From NCBI GenBank assembly GCA_964016885.1, contig OZ024740.1, positions 165,478,001-165,542,000 on the forward strand: a DNA stretch of 64,000 nt, read 5' to 3'. Each line of letters begins with the position of its first letter. Position 1 is the first letter of the stretch. The translations under genes and the position numbers were made by a program. This document shows positions 53,788 through 64,000 of this stretch, in pieces. The notes under the pieces were generated by a model. The model was not told the DNA's origin. It saw only the letters and a list, made by a program, of their open reading frames with translations, and did no database searches. The DNA comes from Eledone cirrhosa. Its lineage: Eukaryota.

Positions 53788-53827
<40 letters not shown>

Positions 53828-54330
53828 TAAATGAGAGGTATAGAGATTGTTTTAGCAAGAAGCTAACGGCATTCTATAACATATATGCGACTATAACGTC
53901 AAGATGGGAAAAGTAGTTAACGAAAGATTTAGGAAAAATAACTCAAACTCATCTCAAAAGAGAATCAGGATACAAATTCATCCACAGAATTTAGTAAAAT
54001 CCAGGGAAAAATCTATAGACCTTTAACTCATGATAAAACAAAGTTTGAAACACTTATCCTTCAATTTGGAATAACATCAAATGCTCTGTATAGTCTTAAA
54101 AGACTATTTCATGAAAACTTTCAGTGGAGATGGTCACGGTTGGAATATCATTCATCAGCAGAGCTCAACAGAAAACCAGGGCTCTCACAGTAATATAGTC
54201 CGAAAAAGGGAATTCTAAAACTGGCTAGTTCGCATTGTGTATTTATGAAAAAGCACATGAGGAAAAAACGGGGCTAGTGACGTCAGGATGGAAGTGAATG
54301 TATATTTACAAGAAATAGCAGTCAAATACA

Positions 54331-54750
54331 TTCTCTCTCTCTCTATCACCCATCTATCCTCCTATCTCATCCTTCCTAATTATACTCCTCCCCTTCCACT
54401 TTTTACTCTCATCTCTTCCTCCTTTTCATTCTCCCCCCCCCCTCAATTTTTCCCCAATATCACACATCAATCTAAAACTACTTTTCATATGTTCATTTAA
54501 AACTGCACTATTCACAAGAGTTTTTTAACCTTCATATCATGTCTCCCTATTTTATCTGACGAAAACGCAAATGTTATCGCTTAATGATATTTGTTTTTGA
54601 AATGCGCATAATAAAATACATTGGAACTCTTTTAACCATCTTTTGATCTTATATATTATTTATACTCCAGTCCTACAAACTGTAGAGTGCTACTTATCCG
54701 ATATCTGCATTGCTTTATTGTACTACAATAAAACTCACCTCCTACATTAT
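54331..54750 (+). mobile_element. Family D pLTR copy forming a palindrome with 54890-55308; HHR at 54548-54618
   Basis: Reverse complement of 54890-55308 across a TA/CA spacer. Confidence 0.88.
54548..54618 (+). ncRNA. Type I hammerhead with palindromic stem III, family D; further copies at 55023-55093 (-), 57688-57758 (+) and 20938-21008 (-)
   Basis: TATTTTAT CTGACGA AAAcgCAAATGTTA..TGATATTTGTTTTT GAAA TGCGCA TA ATAAAATA; 8-bp stem I. Confidence 0.85.
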
Positions 54751-54777
54751 ATATATAAATATATATATATACACACA

Positions 54778-54813
<36 letters not shown>

Positions 54814-54889
54814 CACACATACATACACACATACACATATATATATATATATATACACATATACATACATATACATATATATATATATA

Positions 54890-57790
54890 TATAATGTAGG
54901 AGGTGAGTTTTATTGTAGTACAATAAAGCAATGCAGATATCGGATAAGTAGCACTCTACAGTTTGTAGGACTGGAGTATAAATAATATATAAGATCAAAA
55001 GATGGTTAAAAGAGTTCCAATGTATTTTATTATGCGCATTTCAAAAACAAATATCATCAACCGATAACATTTGCGTTTTCGTCAGATAAAATAGGGAGAC
55101 ATGATATGAAGGTTAAAAAACTCTTGTGAATAGTGCAGTTTTAAATGAACATATGAAAAGTAGTTTTAGATTGATGTGTGATATTGGGGAAAAATTGAGG
55201 GGGGGGGGGAATGAAAAGGAGGAAGAGATGAGAGTAAAAAGTGGAAGGGGAGGAGTATAATGTGGAAGGATGAGATAGGAGGATAGATGGGTGATAGAGA
55301 GAGAGAGATACCTTTTATAACTGAGAAAAATATATTGTTTTACATAGAGAGGTTAAAAAACCGTTGGAAGATAATATATAAATTAAAAGAATTTGAAAAT
55401 TAACGAAGAGAAAAATTTTAGGATAATGTTAAATTAAGGTTTGTATATTGAAGGGTTTAATAATATGTGCGATGAAAAGAAATTGTTAATATGTATTAAG
55501 AATAATATTTAAGGGTTTAATAATATGTGCGATGGAAAGAAATTGTTGATATGTGTTATTAAATAAAAAAATAATAAAATAAAAATATAACAATAATGTT
55601 AGTAATATTGGAAAAAGAATATCCAACCTATCTTCTAATAAAAACATCTTTGATGCTAACGTCAATTACTATAATAACTCGCTTTCTAAAGTCGGTTATC
55701 CTGATAAAATCAAATATAGTAAAGAAACAAATTCTAGATCTTACAGTAGAATAATTAATCATGATCATTCCAATAACTTTAATAAAAGACCTAGATACAA
55801 AAACATAATCTGGTATAATGCTCCTTTCACCATCTCTATTAATAATAATATTCCTAAATTATTCTTTAGTACCTTAAATAAATGCTTCCCTCCCTCACAT
55901 ATATATAGTAAAATATTTAACAAACACACTATAACATTTTCCTATTCGACCTCCTCCAACATCTCCAACATTATCTCTAAACACAACAATAAAATACTAA
56001 ATACTAAATCTCTTCCTTCCAACACTGAATATCATAATAATAGTAATAGTACTCCTGACGTCATTCTTAACTCTAGGCTAATTACTGCAAACCCAAATAC
56101 AACGTCAAACGCAACTTCGTTAAATGTTCTTAATCCCATTCTAAATCAAGAAACTATTATTCCTATCGTAAATAACTTCTCCAATACAATTCCTTCTATA
56201 GATAACACTAGGTCACTTGTTAATAACTCTGTTAATTTCTCTAATCGCAATTGTAATTGCCCTGTTAAAAATAAATGTCCTCTGAACAACCATTGTCTTG
56301 AAAAAAACTTAATCTACGAATGTAAAGTTATAACTGACACCGATACCTTTACCTATTGTGGCTCCACTTCCACCCCCTTTAAAGCTCGTCTTTATAATCA
56401 TCATTCGTCTTGTAAATACCAAATTAAAAGAACCAACACGGCACTCTCAGAACTCATATGGTCCTTGAAAGACAAAAATATTAACTATAACATCTCTTGG
56501 AAGAAGGTTTGTTCATGCAATCTCTGTTTATGTGAAAAATTTACTATTATATCTGATTTGGATTCTATAATAAATAGACGCACTGACTTGTTTTCTCTCT
56601 GCTTGCATAAATTCCACAGAACATTCCATAAAGTATACAGCTAATATCTAATACTTTACCAATTTAAAATCCTTTTCTCAAAGGCACACATATATATATA
56701 TACATATATATTTCTTTAAAAATATACCGATCTTTCTACCTTATTTCGATGTTATTTATTATACATTATATAATACTAGTTACTCATTCTATATCACTCC
56801 TATTTATCACTTCCCTTTCTTTCTTTTTTTCCTTTTTTCTTTTCTTTTTTTCTTTTTCTTTTAATTTCTAACCTCTAATCTGTACCTTTTCTTCATAGAT
56901 ACTTCTCAATTCTCATTATTACTCAGCACAATGTTATTATAAAGAACCAGTAATACACTGGGTAATTGCTGGCCTTGTGCCTAACGTAGAAACAATTATT
57001 ACTCAGCACAATATATCCTTACTTTATAATATCACCTTGAAAAATCCTTCGTAAACATAAACATTTTTTGACGTTAGGTTATTCATCCTCAATTCATTAT
57101 TTTTTCTCCCTTTCATGCTCATCTAAATTATACATATTACACTTATTCATCCACTCTTCTACTTCTTTTCACAATATATCCTTAATTATATTACTATTGT
57201 TATATATATATATTTTTTTTTTAATAACACATATCAACAATTTCTTTCCATCGCACATATTATTAAACCCTTAAATATTATTCTTAATACATATTAACAA
57301 TTTCTTTTCATCGCACATATTATTAAACACTTCAATATACAAACCTTAATTTAACATTATCCTAAAATTTTTCTCTTAGTTGATTTTCAAATTCTTTTAA
57401 TTTATATATTATCTTCCAACGGTTTTTAAACCTCTCTATGTAAAACAATATATTTTTCTCAGTTACAAAAGCTATATTTCTCTCTCTCTCTATCACCCAT
57501 CTCTCCTGCTATCTCATCCTTCCTAATTATACTCCTTCCCCTCCACTTTTTACTCTCATTTCCTCCTCTTTTTCACCCCCCCTCAATGTTTTCCAAATAC
57601 CACACATCAATCTAAAACTACATTTCATATGTTGATTTAAAACTGCACTATTTACAAGTGGTTTTTAACCTTCATATCATGTCTCCCTATTTTATCTGAC
57701 GAAAACGCAAATGTTATCGCATGATACTATTTGTTTTTGAAATGCGCATAATAAAATACATGGAACTCTTTTAACCATCTTTTGATCTTA
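54890..57790 (+). mobile_element. Penelope-like element, family D (possibly Hydra clade), 5'-truncated with a long inverted pLTR
   Basis: 54890-55565 is an inverted copy of ~57220-57790 plus a tail; the body encodes thumb end and endonuclease. Confidence 0.85.
55613..56644 (+). pseudogene. PLE thumb-end plus GIY-YIG-like endonuclease frame with no start codon (absent from the ORF track)
   Basis: Hand translation: KRISNLSSNKNIF...IIWYNAPF...KIFNKHTITFSYS...CNCPVKNKCPLNNHCLEKNLIYECKV...YCGSTSTPFKARLYNH...LSELIWSLKD...CNLCLCEK...INRRTDLFSLCLH. Confidence 0.85.
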
Positions 57791-58041
57791 TATATTATAT
57801 ATATATATATACATATATACACACATACATACATACACACACATATATACATATACATACATATACATATATACACATATATATATATACGTGTGTGTAT
57901 ACATATACATGCGTATACACATACATATATACACACACATACATATACATATATATATATATATATATATGTACACACACACATATACATACATATACGT
58001 ATACAAATACATATATATATATACACATATATACACACATA

Positions 58042-58085
<44 letters not shown>

Positions 58086-58697
58086 CATAGCATAAAGAAA
58101 ACTAAAAATCAGTGATGCATCTGGACTTAATTTATTGTGTGTTACAATTGTTCTCCGGCAGGTAGCTCGAGACGTGGTCCTTGTATAGATCCGGCTGATT
58201 CTACTTCTACAGGTTCTTTCAGACACGAGTATTTCGATTGGAGCAAATTTTATCACTGGGGTGTTATCATCAAAAAACACCCTAAAAAAAACCCTACTTC
58301 CACTCTCGTCATGCCATTGGCTGTTCTTACTCCACGTCATCACCAGTTCTGGTCAGTATCTACTGCCACACGGGTCATCAGCCATTTTCCCTCCGACACA
58401 TTTCGATGGGGTCATGCTGGGTTCAGCATGCCACACGTCTGTTCTCACTTCAGAGTAAGCACCCACACATACTAATATACACACACACATACACACATGC
58501 ATACACCGACAGATTTATGCATACACACACGTACGTCTACATGCGTAGACACACACCCCGCCACATATATGTATATATATATACACCCTCTCTTCCTCAC
58601 CTCCACGGACCCAGTCACACCACTTGTAGATACATATCGCCACAAGCTTTATTCGCCCCATGCATTCGGTTGGGATAAGCATGGCCTATTCAAACAT

Positions 58698-58787
<90 letters not shown>

Positions 58788-59199
58788 GCATACATACGCA
58801 TGCACACATATACACGCCCAATCTTAGATATATTTTTATATATCTATATATACACACTCATACACACACATATATACATACACACATACATGCACATACA
58901 TATACACACACACATGTATGTACATATATATCTATACATACACATACATACATACACATATATATATACTCACACATGCCCACACATACATACAAACTAC
59001 GCATACGTACACAAATATTACATACACACACACATATATATACATATATATACACAAAAAACAACAACCTAACATGCATACGTACAGCCACATATATACA
59101 CATATATATACCCACGCATATGTCGACACAAATACATATATATATGCATACGAACAGGTGCTGCCACATGCATACACCTGCACATATGCATATTTGCCT

Positions 59200-59520
59200 G
59201 CAAACATATGTGCTTCCACATATACAAATATAAACAAAACCATAAATAAAAGTTCATTATACAATAAAAAAAACAGTATACCATAAACTAACGGTACATT
59301 ACTGTAACATAAAATATAATTTATAAAATATAATATATAAAATATAATAAACAATATTATATATATATATATATTTGCCTGCACACATATTTGCTTCCAC
59401 ATATACAAATATAGACAAAACCGTAAATTAAAAGTTAAAGATACATTATACAATAAAAAACAATATACCATAAACTAACGGTAAGTTACTGTAACATAAA
59501 ATATAACATATAAAATATAA
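59200..59520. repeat. ~180-bp tandem duplication
   Basis: GCTTCCACATATACAAATATA...CCATAAACTAACGGTA...TTACTGTAACATAAAATATA occurs twice. Confidence 0.8.
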
Positions 59521-59529
59521 TGTACAATA

Positions 59530-59565
<36 letters not shown>

Positions 59566-59900
59566 TCATATACATATATACATATACATACCCACACACA
59601 CATGTACACAGATTCATACATACATATACGGATATACACAAAGGATATGTGATAAAGTAATACAACAAGAATAATATTAATAATAATAATAAAAAGTATA
59701 TATACTCCACATATAATCATCCGCACACATTCATGTGAATTGCCCATAAACACCTACATGTATGCACAAATACACATAAACACATATAGAGGCCCACATA
59801 TGCATACACCCGCCCCCGCACATATATATATATATATATATATAAATGTAAGTATGTATGTATACGTACATACATATATGTATACAGACGTACAGTAGCA

Positions 59901-59945
<45 letters not shown>

Positions 59946-59947
<2 letters not shown>

Positions 59948-60143
59948 CGAAGGAAATGTGGTAAGGAACTAGGTGGACCATAACGCACCAAAGTACTCAA
60001 TACTTGAGGTAGTAGAGTGGGTAATAGGAACCAGTAAGACCCCGACAGCTGAGCTCAAGCCGTTTTGACGGCTAATTCTGGACTCAGAGTCCAGAATTAG
60101 CCGTCGAAACGGCTTGAGCTCAGCTGTCGGGGTCTTACTGGTT

Positions 60144-60146
<3 letters not shown>
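59946..60146 (-). mobile_element. Family F-related PLE-type remnant ending in a ~120-bp near-perfect hairpin
   Basis: 60025-60147 is a palindrome centred at 60086 with one mismatch; homologous to 23409-23575. Confidence 0.78.
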
Positions 60147-60221
<75 letters not shown>

Positions 60222-60308
60222 CAGGTACACATACATATATATAATCAAGGTTTAGCAAATCAGAAAAAGTTTCAAAATAAATTTTTAAAAATTAACTGTA
60301 CTCACTAT

Positions 60309-60400
60309 GGATACCTTTATCGAATCGGTTTCGAGTCTCAAAAATAAATGGACAGTCCTTGCGGCCATCCATTGAAAAGATAACTCTCGTCAGAAGGATC
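60309..60400 (-). ncRNA. Retrozyme hammerhead copy 1 (stem III mismatch)
   Basis: CCTT CTGACGA GAGTT...GACTC GAAA CCGATTCGA TA AAGG. Confidence 0.7.
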
Positions 60401-60796
60401 TTTTCATTCGGAGAATATAAAATTCCCGAGTTCAAATTACGAACTGGCGCTATTCAAAAGTGTTCCCGAGATGAGAATAAATGATGTGGAATCAATTCCG
60501 TCCAGTGCCGTGTGTAAAGATAGAAGCAAAGGCTGGGAGGTCAGTCTACTACTACTATAACTAGCAGCAGTCAGAACGACCAAATTTGTTTTTTTTGACC
60601 AAGAGGAGAATAATAATAAAGTATATATCCCTACACTCAAAAAGCGTCTAGGGACACATGTATTGTCCAACCATATGCTAATGTGGTTCAATGGCAGGTT
60701 AATAAATTAACGAGCCAGAACATATATAATCAAGGTTTAGCAAATAAGAAAAAGTTTCAAAATAAATTTTAAAAAATTAACTATACTCACTATGGT

Positions 60797-60886
60797 GATC
60801 TTTACCGAATCGGTTTCGAGTCTCAAAAATAAATGGACAGTCCTTGCGGCCATCCGTTGCAAAGATAAACTCTCGTCAGAAGGATC
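60797..60886 (-). ncRNA. Retrozyme hammerhead copy 2
   Basis: GATCCTT CTGACGA GAGTTT...AGACTC GAAA CCG att CGG TA AAGATC. Confidence 0.83.
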
Positions 60887-61272
60887 TTTTCACTCAGAGA
60901 ATCTAAAATTCCCGAGTTCAAATTACGAACTGGCGCTATTCCAAAATTGTTTCCGAGATGAGAATAAATGATGTGGAATCAATTCTGTCCAGTGCCGTGT
61001 GTAAAGATAGAAGCAAAGGCAGGGAGGTCAGTCTACTACTACTATAACTAGCAGCAGTCAGAACGACCAAATTTTTTTCTCGACCAAGAGGGGAATAAAG
61101 TATATATCCCTACCCGCAAAAAGCGTCTAGGGACACATGTATTGTTCAACCATATGCCAATGTGGTTCAATGGCAGGTTAATAAATTTACGAGCCAGAAC
61201 ATATATAATCAAGGTTTAGCAAATAAGAAAAAGTTTCAAAATAAATTTTAAAAAATTAACTTTACTCACTAT

Positions 61273-61365
61273 GGTTACCTTTACCGAATCGGTTTCGAGT
61301 CTCAAAAATAAATGGACAGTCCTTGCGGCCATCCATTGCAAAGATAAACTCTCGTCAGAAGGATC
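61273..61365 (-). ncRNA. Retrozyme hammerhead copy 3
   Basis: CCTT CTGACGA GAGTTT [AATGGATGG CC gcaa GG a CTGTCCATT] AGACTC GAAA CCG att CGG TA AAGG. Confidence 0.85.
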
Positions 61366-61642
61366 TTTTCCCTCGGAGAATATATACATATATATACACG
61401 TATACACATATGCACACACTTACTCACCCACACATAAACAGCTACTCATACGTGGCTATACATACGCACACATTTTTAGACATACATACATATATATATT
61501 CATATATACACATACATATACACACATACACACACATTCCGCCACATATGTACATACATGCACATGTCTAGACATACACGCGCATATAAGCTCATGCACA
61601 CACGCAGCCATGCCCATATACACCCCCCTCCGCACACACCCT

Positions 61643-61685
<43 letters not shown>

Positions 61686-62295
61686 CTACACACACATACA
61701 TGTGTCTACGCACATGTCCACACATAAAAACACGCGAATATAAACACAATATGATAATAAAGCAACCTAAATAAATAAATAAATTTACAATATTTTAGGG
61801 TACATTAAATAATGTATGTAACTCCATAAATAGGTAGAATAAAAGAAGGGGTAAAATAAAAGAACGGGTACAATAAAAAACAGGGAGGAGGTACAGGAGA
61901 AGGTGCGTGTGTCCATGTGATATACTACACACAGGTAGTGTGAGGTGCAAAACTGTTTCCGTGTGTAGAACAATAATAGAACAATAATAGAACAATAATG
62001 ATAGTAATAATCATTGTTCCAAAGTGGAACATCTGCAGAGTATACAGTCACGACTGACGTGGTATACACTCATGGGGACGCCCGTCCCGGTCGCCATGGG
62101 GCATGGCACCGTGGGTGGGGTATGATGTTCTATATGTTTAGGGCACAGGAGCGGGTGGCAGTGGACCCCGTGTTAGCCGGTCCCGACCCATGCGAAGTAT
62201 CTTCCAATGTTGTGTGCTCGGTCAGGTGCGCCCCTGGTTTACATATGTCTGCCTCACTGGTCGCACACCGTCATCATGGCATGGCGTAAGATCCC

Positions 62296-63750
62296 CTACT
62301 CCCGTTGGGCCAATCGGGTCTGTGCGTACCCGTTCCCATGCCCCCTGTCTGCGTCACCCAGAGGATTCCATGCTGCAAATGTGCATCTTCTCTGGTGTCG
62401 GCATGTCATGATAATTTCAGACTTCAGGTTGACGGCGTCATCCTTCAGTCTGACTATCTCCATGGCCTCGTGTAGGCACAATCGGCACTTTCTACTTCCG
62501 GCTGAATAAACCCTCGCGTGGCGAATGATACTCCATTCCAGGGCGCGCGGAGTGCCTTGGTCTTTCAGATCCCTCACCAGGTCCGCTAACCTAGTGGAGG
62601 GCCTTTTGCTACGGTCCCTGAAGGAATTCGTGTGATTATACATCCGCGATTTAAAGATCGTGGATGTTGCGCTAATGTAGGTGCGATGCGCGTTTTGGGT
62701 TGTAACCACACACTTGTATATTACGTCTTTCATCAAGCATTTTTCCTGTAAGGGGCCCCGGGTGCCCCCTCTACAGTTACATGTCCTGCTGTCAGTTCTT
62801 GTGCATCCGATGTCCGGGCCTCGTTCTGTTATGGCCCTCTCAAGGTTCTCAGGGTGTTGTACAGCCGACACTGTTGTCTCCCCCATGCCACTGTTTCCCT
62901 CTCAGTGTTGTACCATATCGCCCTCCGCGGGCGCTCTGGTCGCTTCGGAGGCCGGGTTGTCATTTGAGGGCAGGTCCCTGGTTGGTTCTCCGCGCTCCGA
63001 AAGACGGTCACTCTGTCGCCGCGGTTGACGGCCAGTGTGCCCCATTCTTCACCGCGTTAGTTTTAGCCATGTAGTCGGCAATATTAGGCGCTGGGGAGAA
63101 GGAAAATTTCACCGTGTGGCGGTTGAAGATTTTGTGGTATTTGTTTGTCGGCGGAAAGCACTCATCTAACGCTCGGAAGAAAAGTCCTGGTACGTTGGTG
63201 CGTACATGTTTGGAGTAATGCGCATTAAACCAGGTAGGGGCCTTAGATCTGTTCCTTCTTGTGCTTAGATTCTTGTTGGCGTGTCCGGGACTCGATGTAC
63301 GTCCCGTGCTCGGCGCAACCACAGTTACATCCAGTGTGTTGTCTCTGTCTATTTGCCCGCTATGTGCGTCGGGATTATGCTCTACAGTTATAAAGTTACT
63401 TCGTTCTATGTGGTCATCTATACGTCTATTCCCCTTAGGTCTATGTGATGCTGTTGTCGGTGCTATAGTACTACAACCAGGGTGGTCGTGCTCCGTGGCT
63501 TTTGCCCCGTTCTTTTATGTCGAAGTTCTGTCCGTGGTCCCAGTTGGCGCGGAGAATGCAGTGTTTGTGAGAGGCCCGTGCCTCCGCGTATTCGGTGGTC
63601 TGGCTAATACGGGTGCCTTAGTCCTACATCGGGTCGGTCCTGTGTCATTAATGCTAGTTCTGTTATTATTTGTGTTCCTGGATACTGCTACCAGGTCAAT
63701 TCTTCTACCTAAGAAGGCGCCCTCGCTATTGGCATTTCTGCACGCCTTAT
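62296..63750 (-). pseudogene. GC-rich PLE C-terminal region, family G (same type as family D), GIY-YIG-like endonuclease with expanded linkers
   Basis: WFNAHYS...KIFNRHTVKFSFS (63008-63322); CNC...CLMKDVIYKC...YISATSTIFKSRMYNH...CRLCLHEA...CRH (62296-62886). Confidence 0.85.
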
Positions 63751-63774
63751 AACTATATATATGTATGTATATGT

Positions 63775-63849
<75 letters not shown>

Positions 63850-63918
63850 AGTATACATATATATACATATATATATAGATAAGGCGTGCAGAAATGCCAA
63901 TAGCGAGGGCGCCTCCTT

Positions 63919-63922
<4 letters not shown>
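63705..63922. repeat. ~45-bp inverted repeat around (TA)n
   Basis: TACCTAAGAAGGCGCCCTCG...GCCTTAT is the reverse complement of ATAAGGC...CGCCTCCTTAGGTA with one mismatch. Confidence 0.88.
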
Positions 63923-63970
<48 letters not shown>

Positions 63971-64000
63971 GTATGTACGTATGTGTCTATATGTATGTAT

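Larger units (their letters stand above)
60236..61384 (-). mobile_element. Retrozyme-like non-coding tandem array: ~2.4 units of 485/479 bp with three hammerheads
   Basis: ATAATCAAGG recurs at 60241, 60726 and 61205; one minus-strand HHR per unit; both ends in TA-rich microsatellite. Confidence 0.85.

Noticed and set aside
54110-54165. Minus-strand CTGATGA...GAAA
   Set aside because: Stems I and II do not pair.
60236-61384. CRISPR array or coding repeat interpretation (ORFs 60437-60691 and 61271-61774)
   Set aside because: The context is eukaryotic, the units are ~480 bp with no unique spacers, and the ORFs are not kept intact between units.

Overview
AT-rich eukaryotic genomic DNA, probably from an octopod cephalopod (tRNA-derived SINEs resemble Octopus SINEs; inference). 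Most ORF-track entries are microsatellite artefacts of (TA)n, (CA)n and (GA)n. The window is dominated by microsatellite-targeting retroelements: at least five Penelope-like element (PLE) families with RT and/or GIY-YIG endonuclease, and many non-coding remnants with the PLE 'inverted pseudo-LTR plus tail' layout. It also holds one near full-length R4/Dong-like LINE in (TATG)n, degraded RTE and L1/Tx1 fragments, SINEs, a hAT MITE and a 1.9-kb foldback. By eye I find about 18 type I hammerhead ribozyme (HHR) motifs from 7 sequence families, plus degenerate remnants. The most notable structure is a non-coding tandem array of ~480-bp units with three hammerheads at 60.2-61.4 kb, a retrozyme-like candidate source of circular RNA with an unusually long GCAA-capped stem II. 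Two PLE families combine a C-terminal endonuclease with a ~70-aa insertion in the RT fingers. A few small exons of a possible host gene lie on the minus strand at 7-10.7 kb. All RNA folds were done by hand and no database searches were run.
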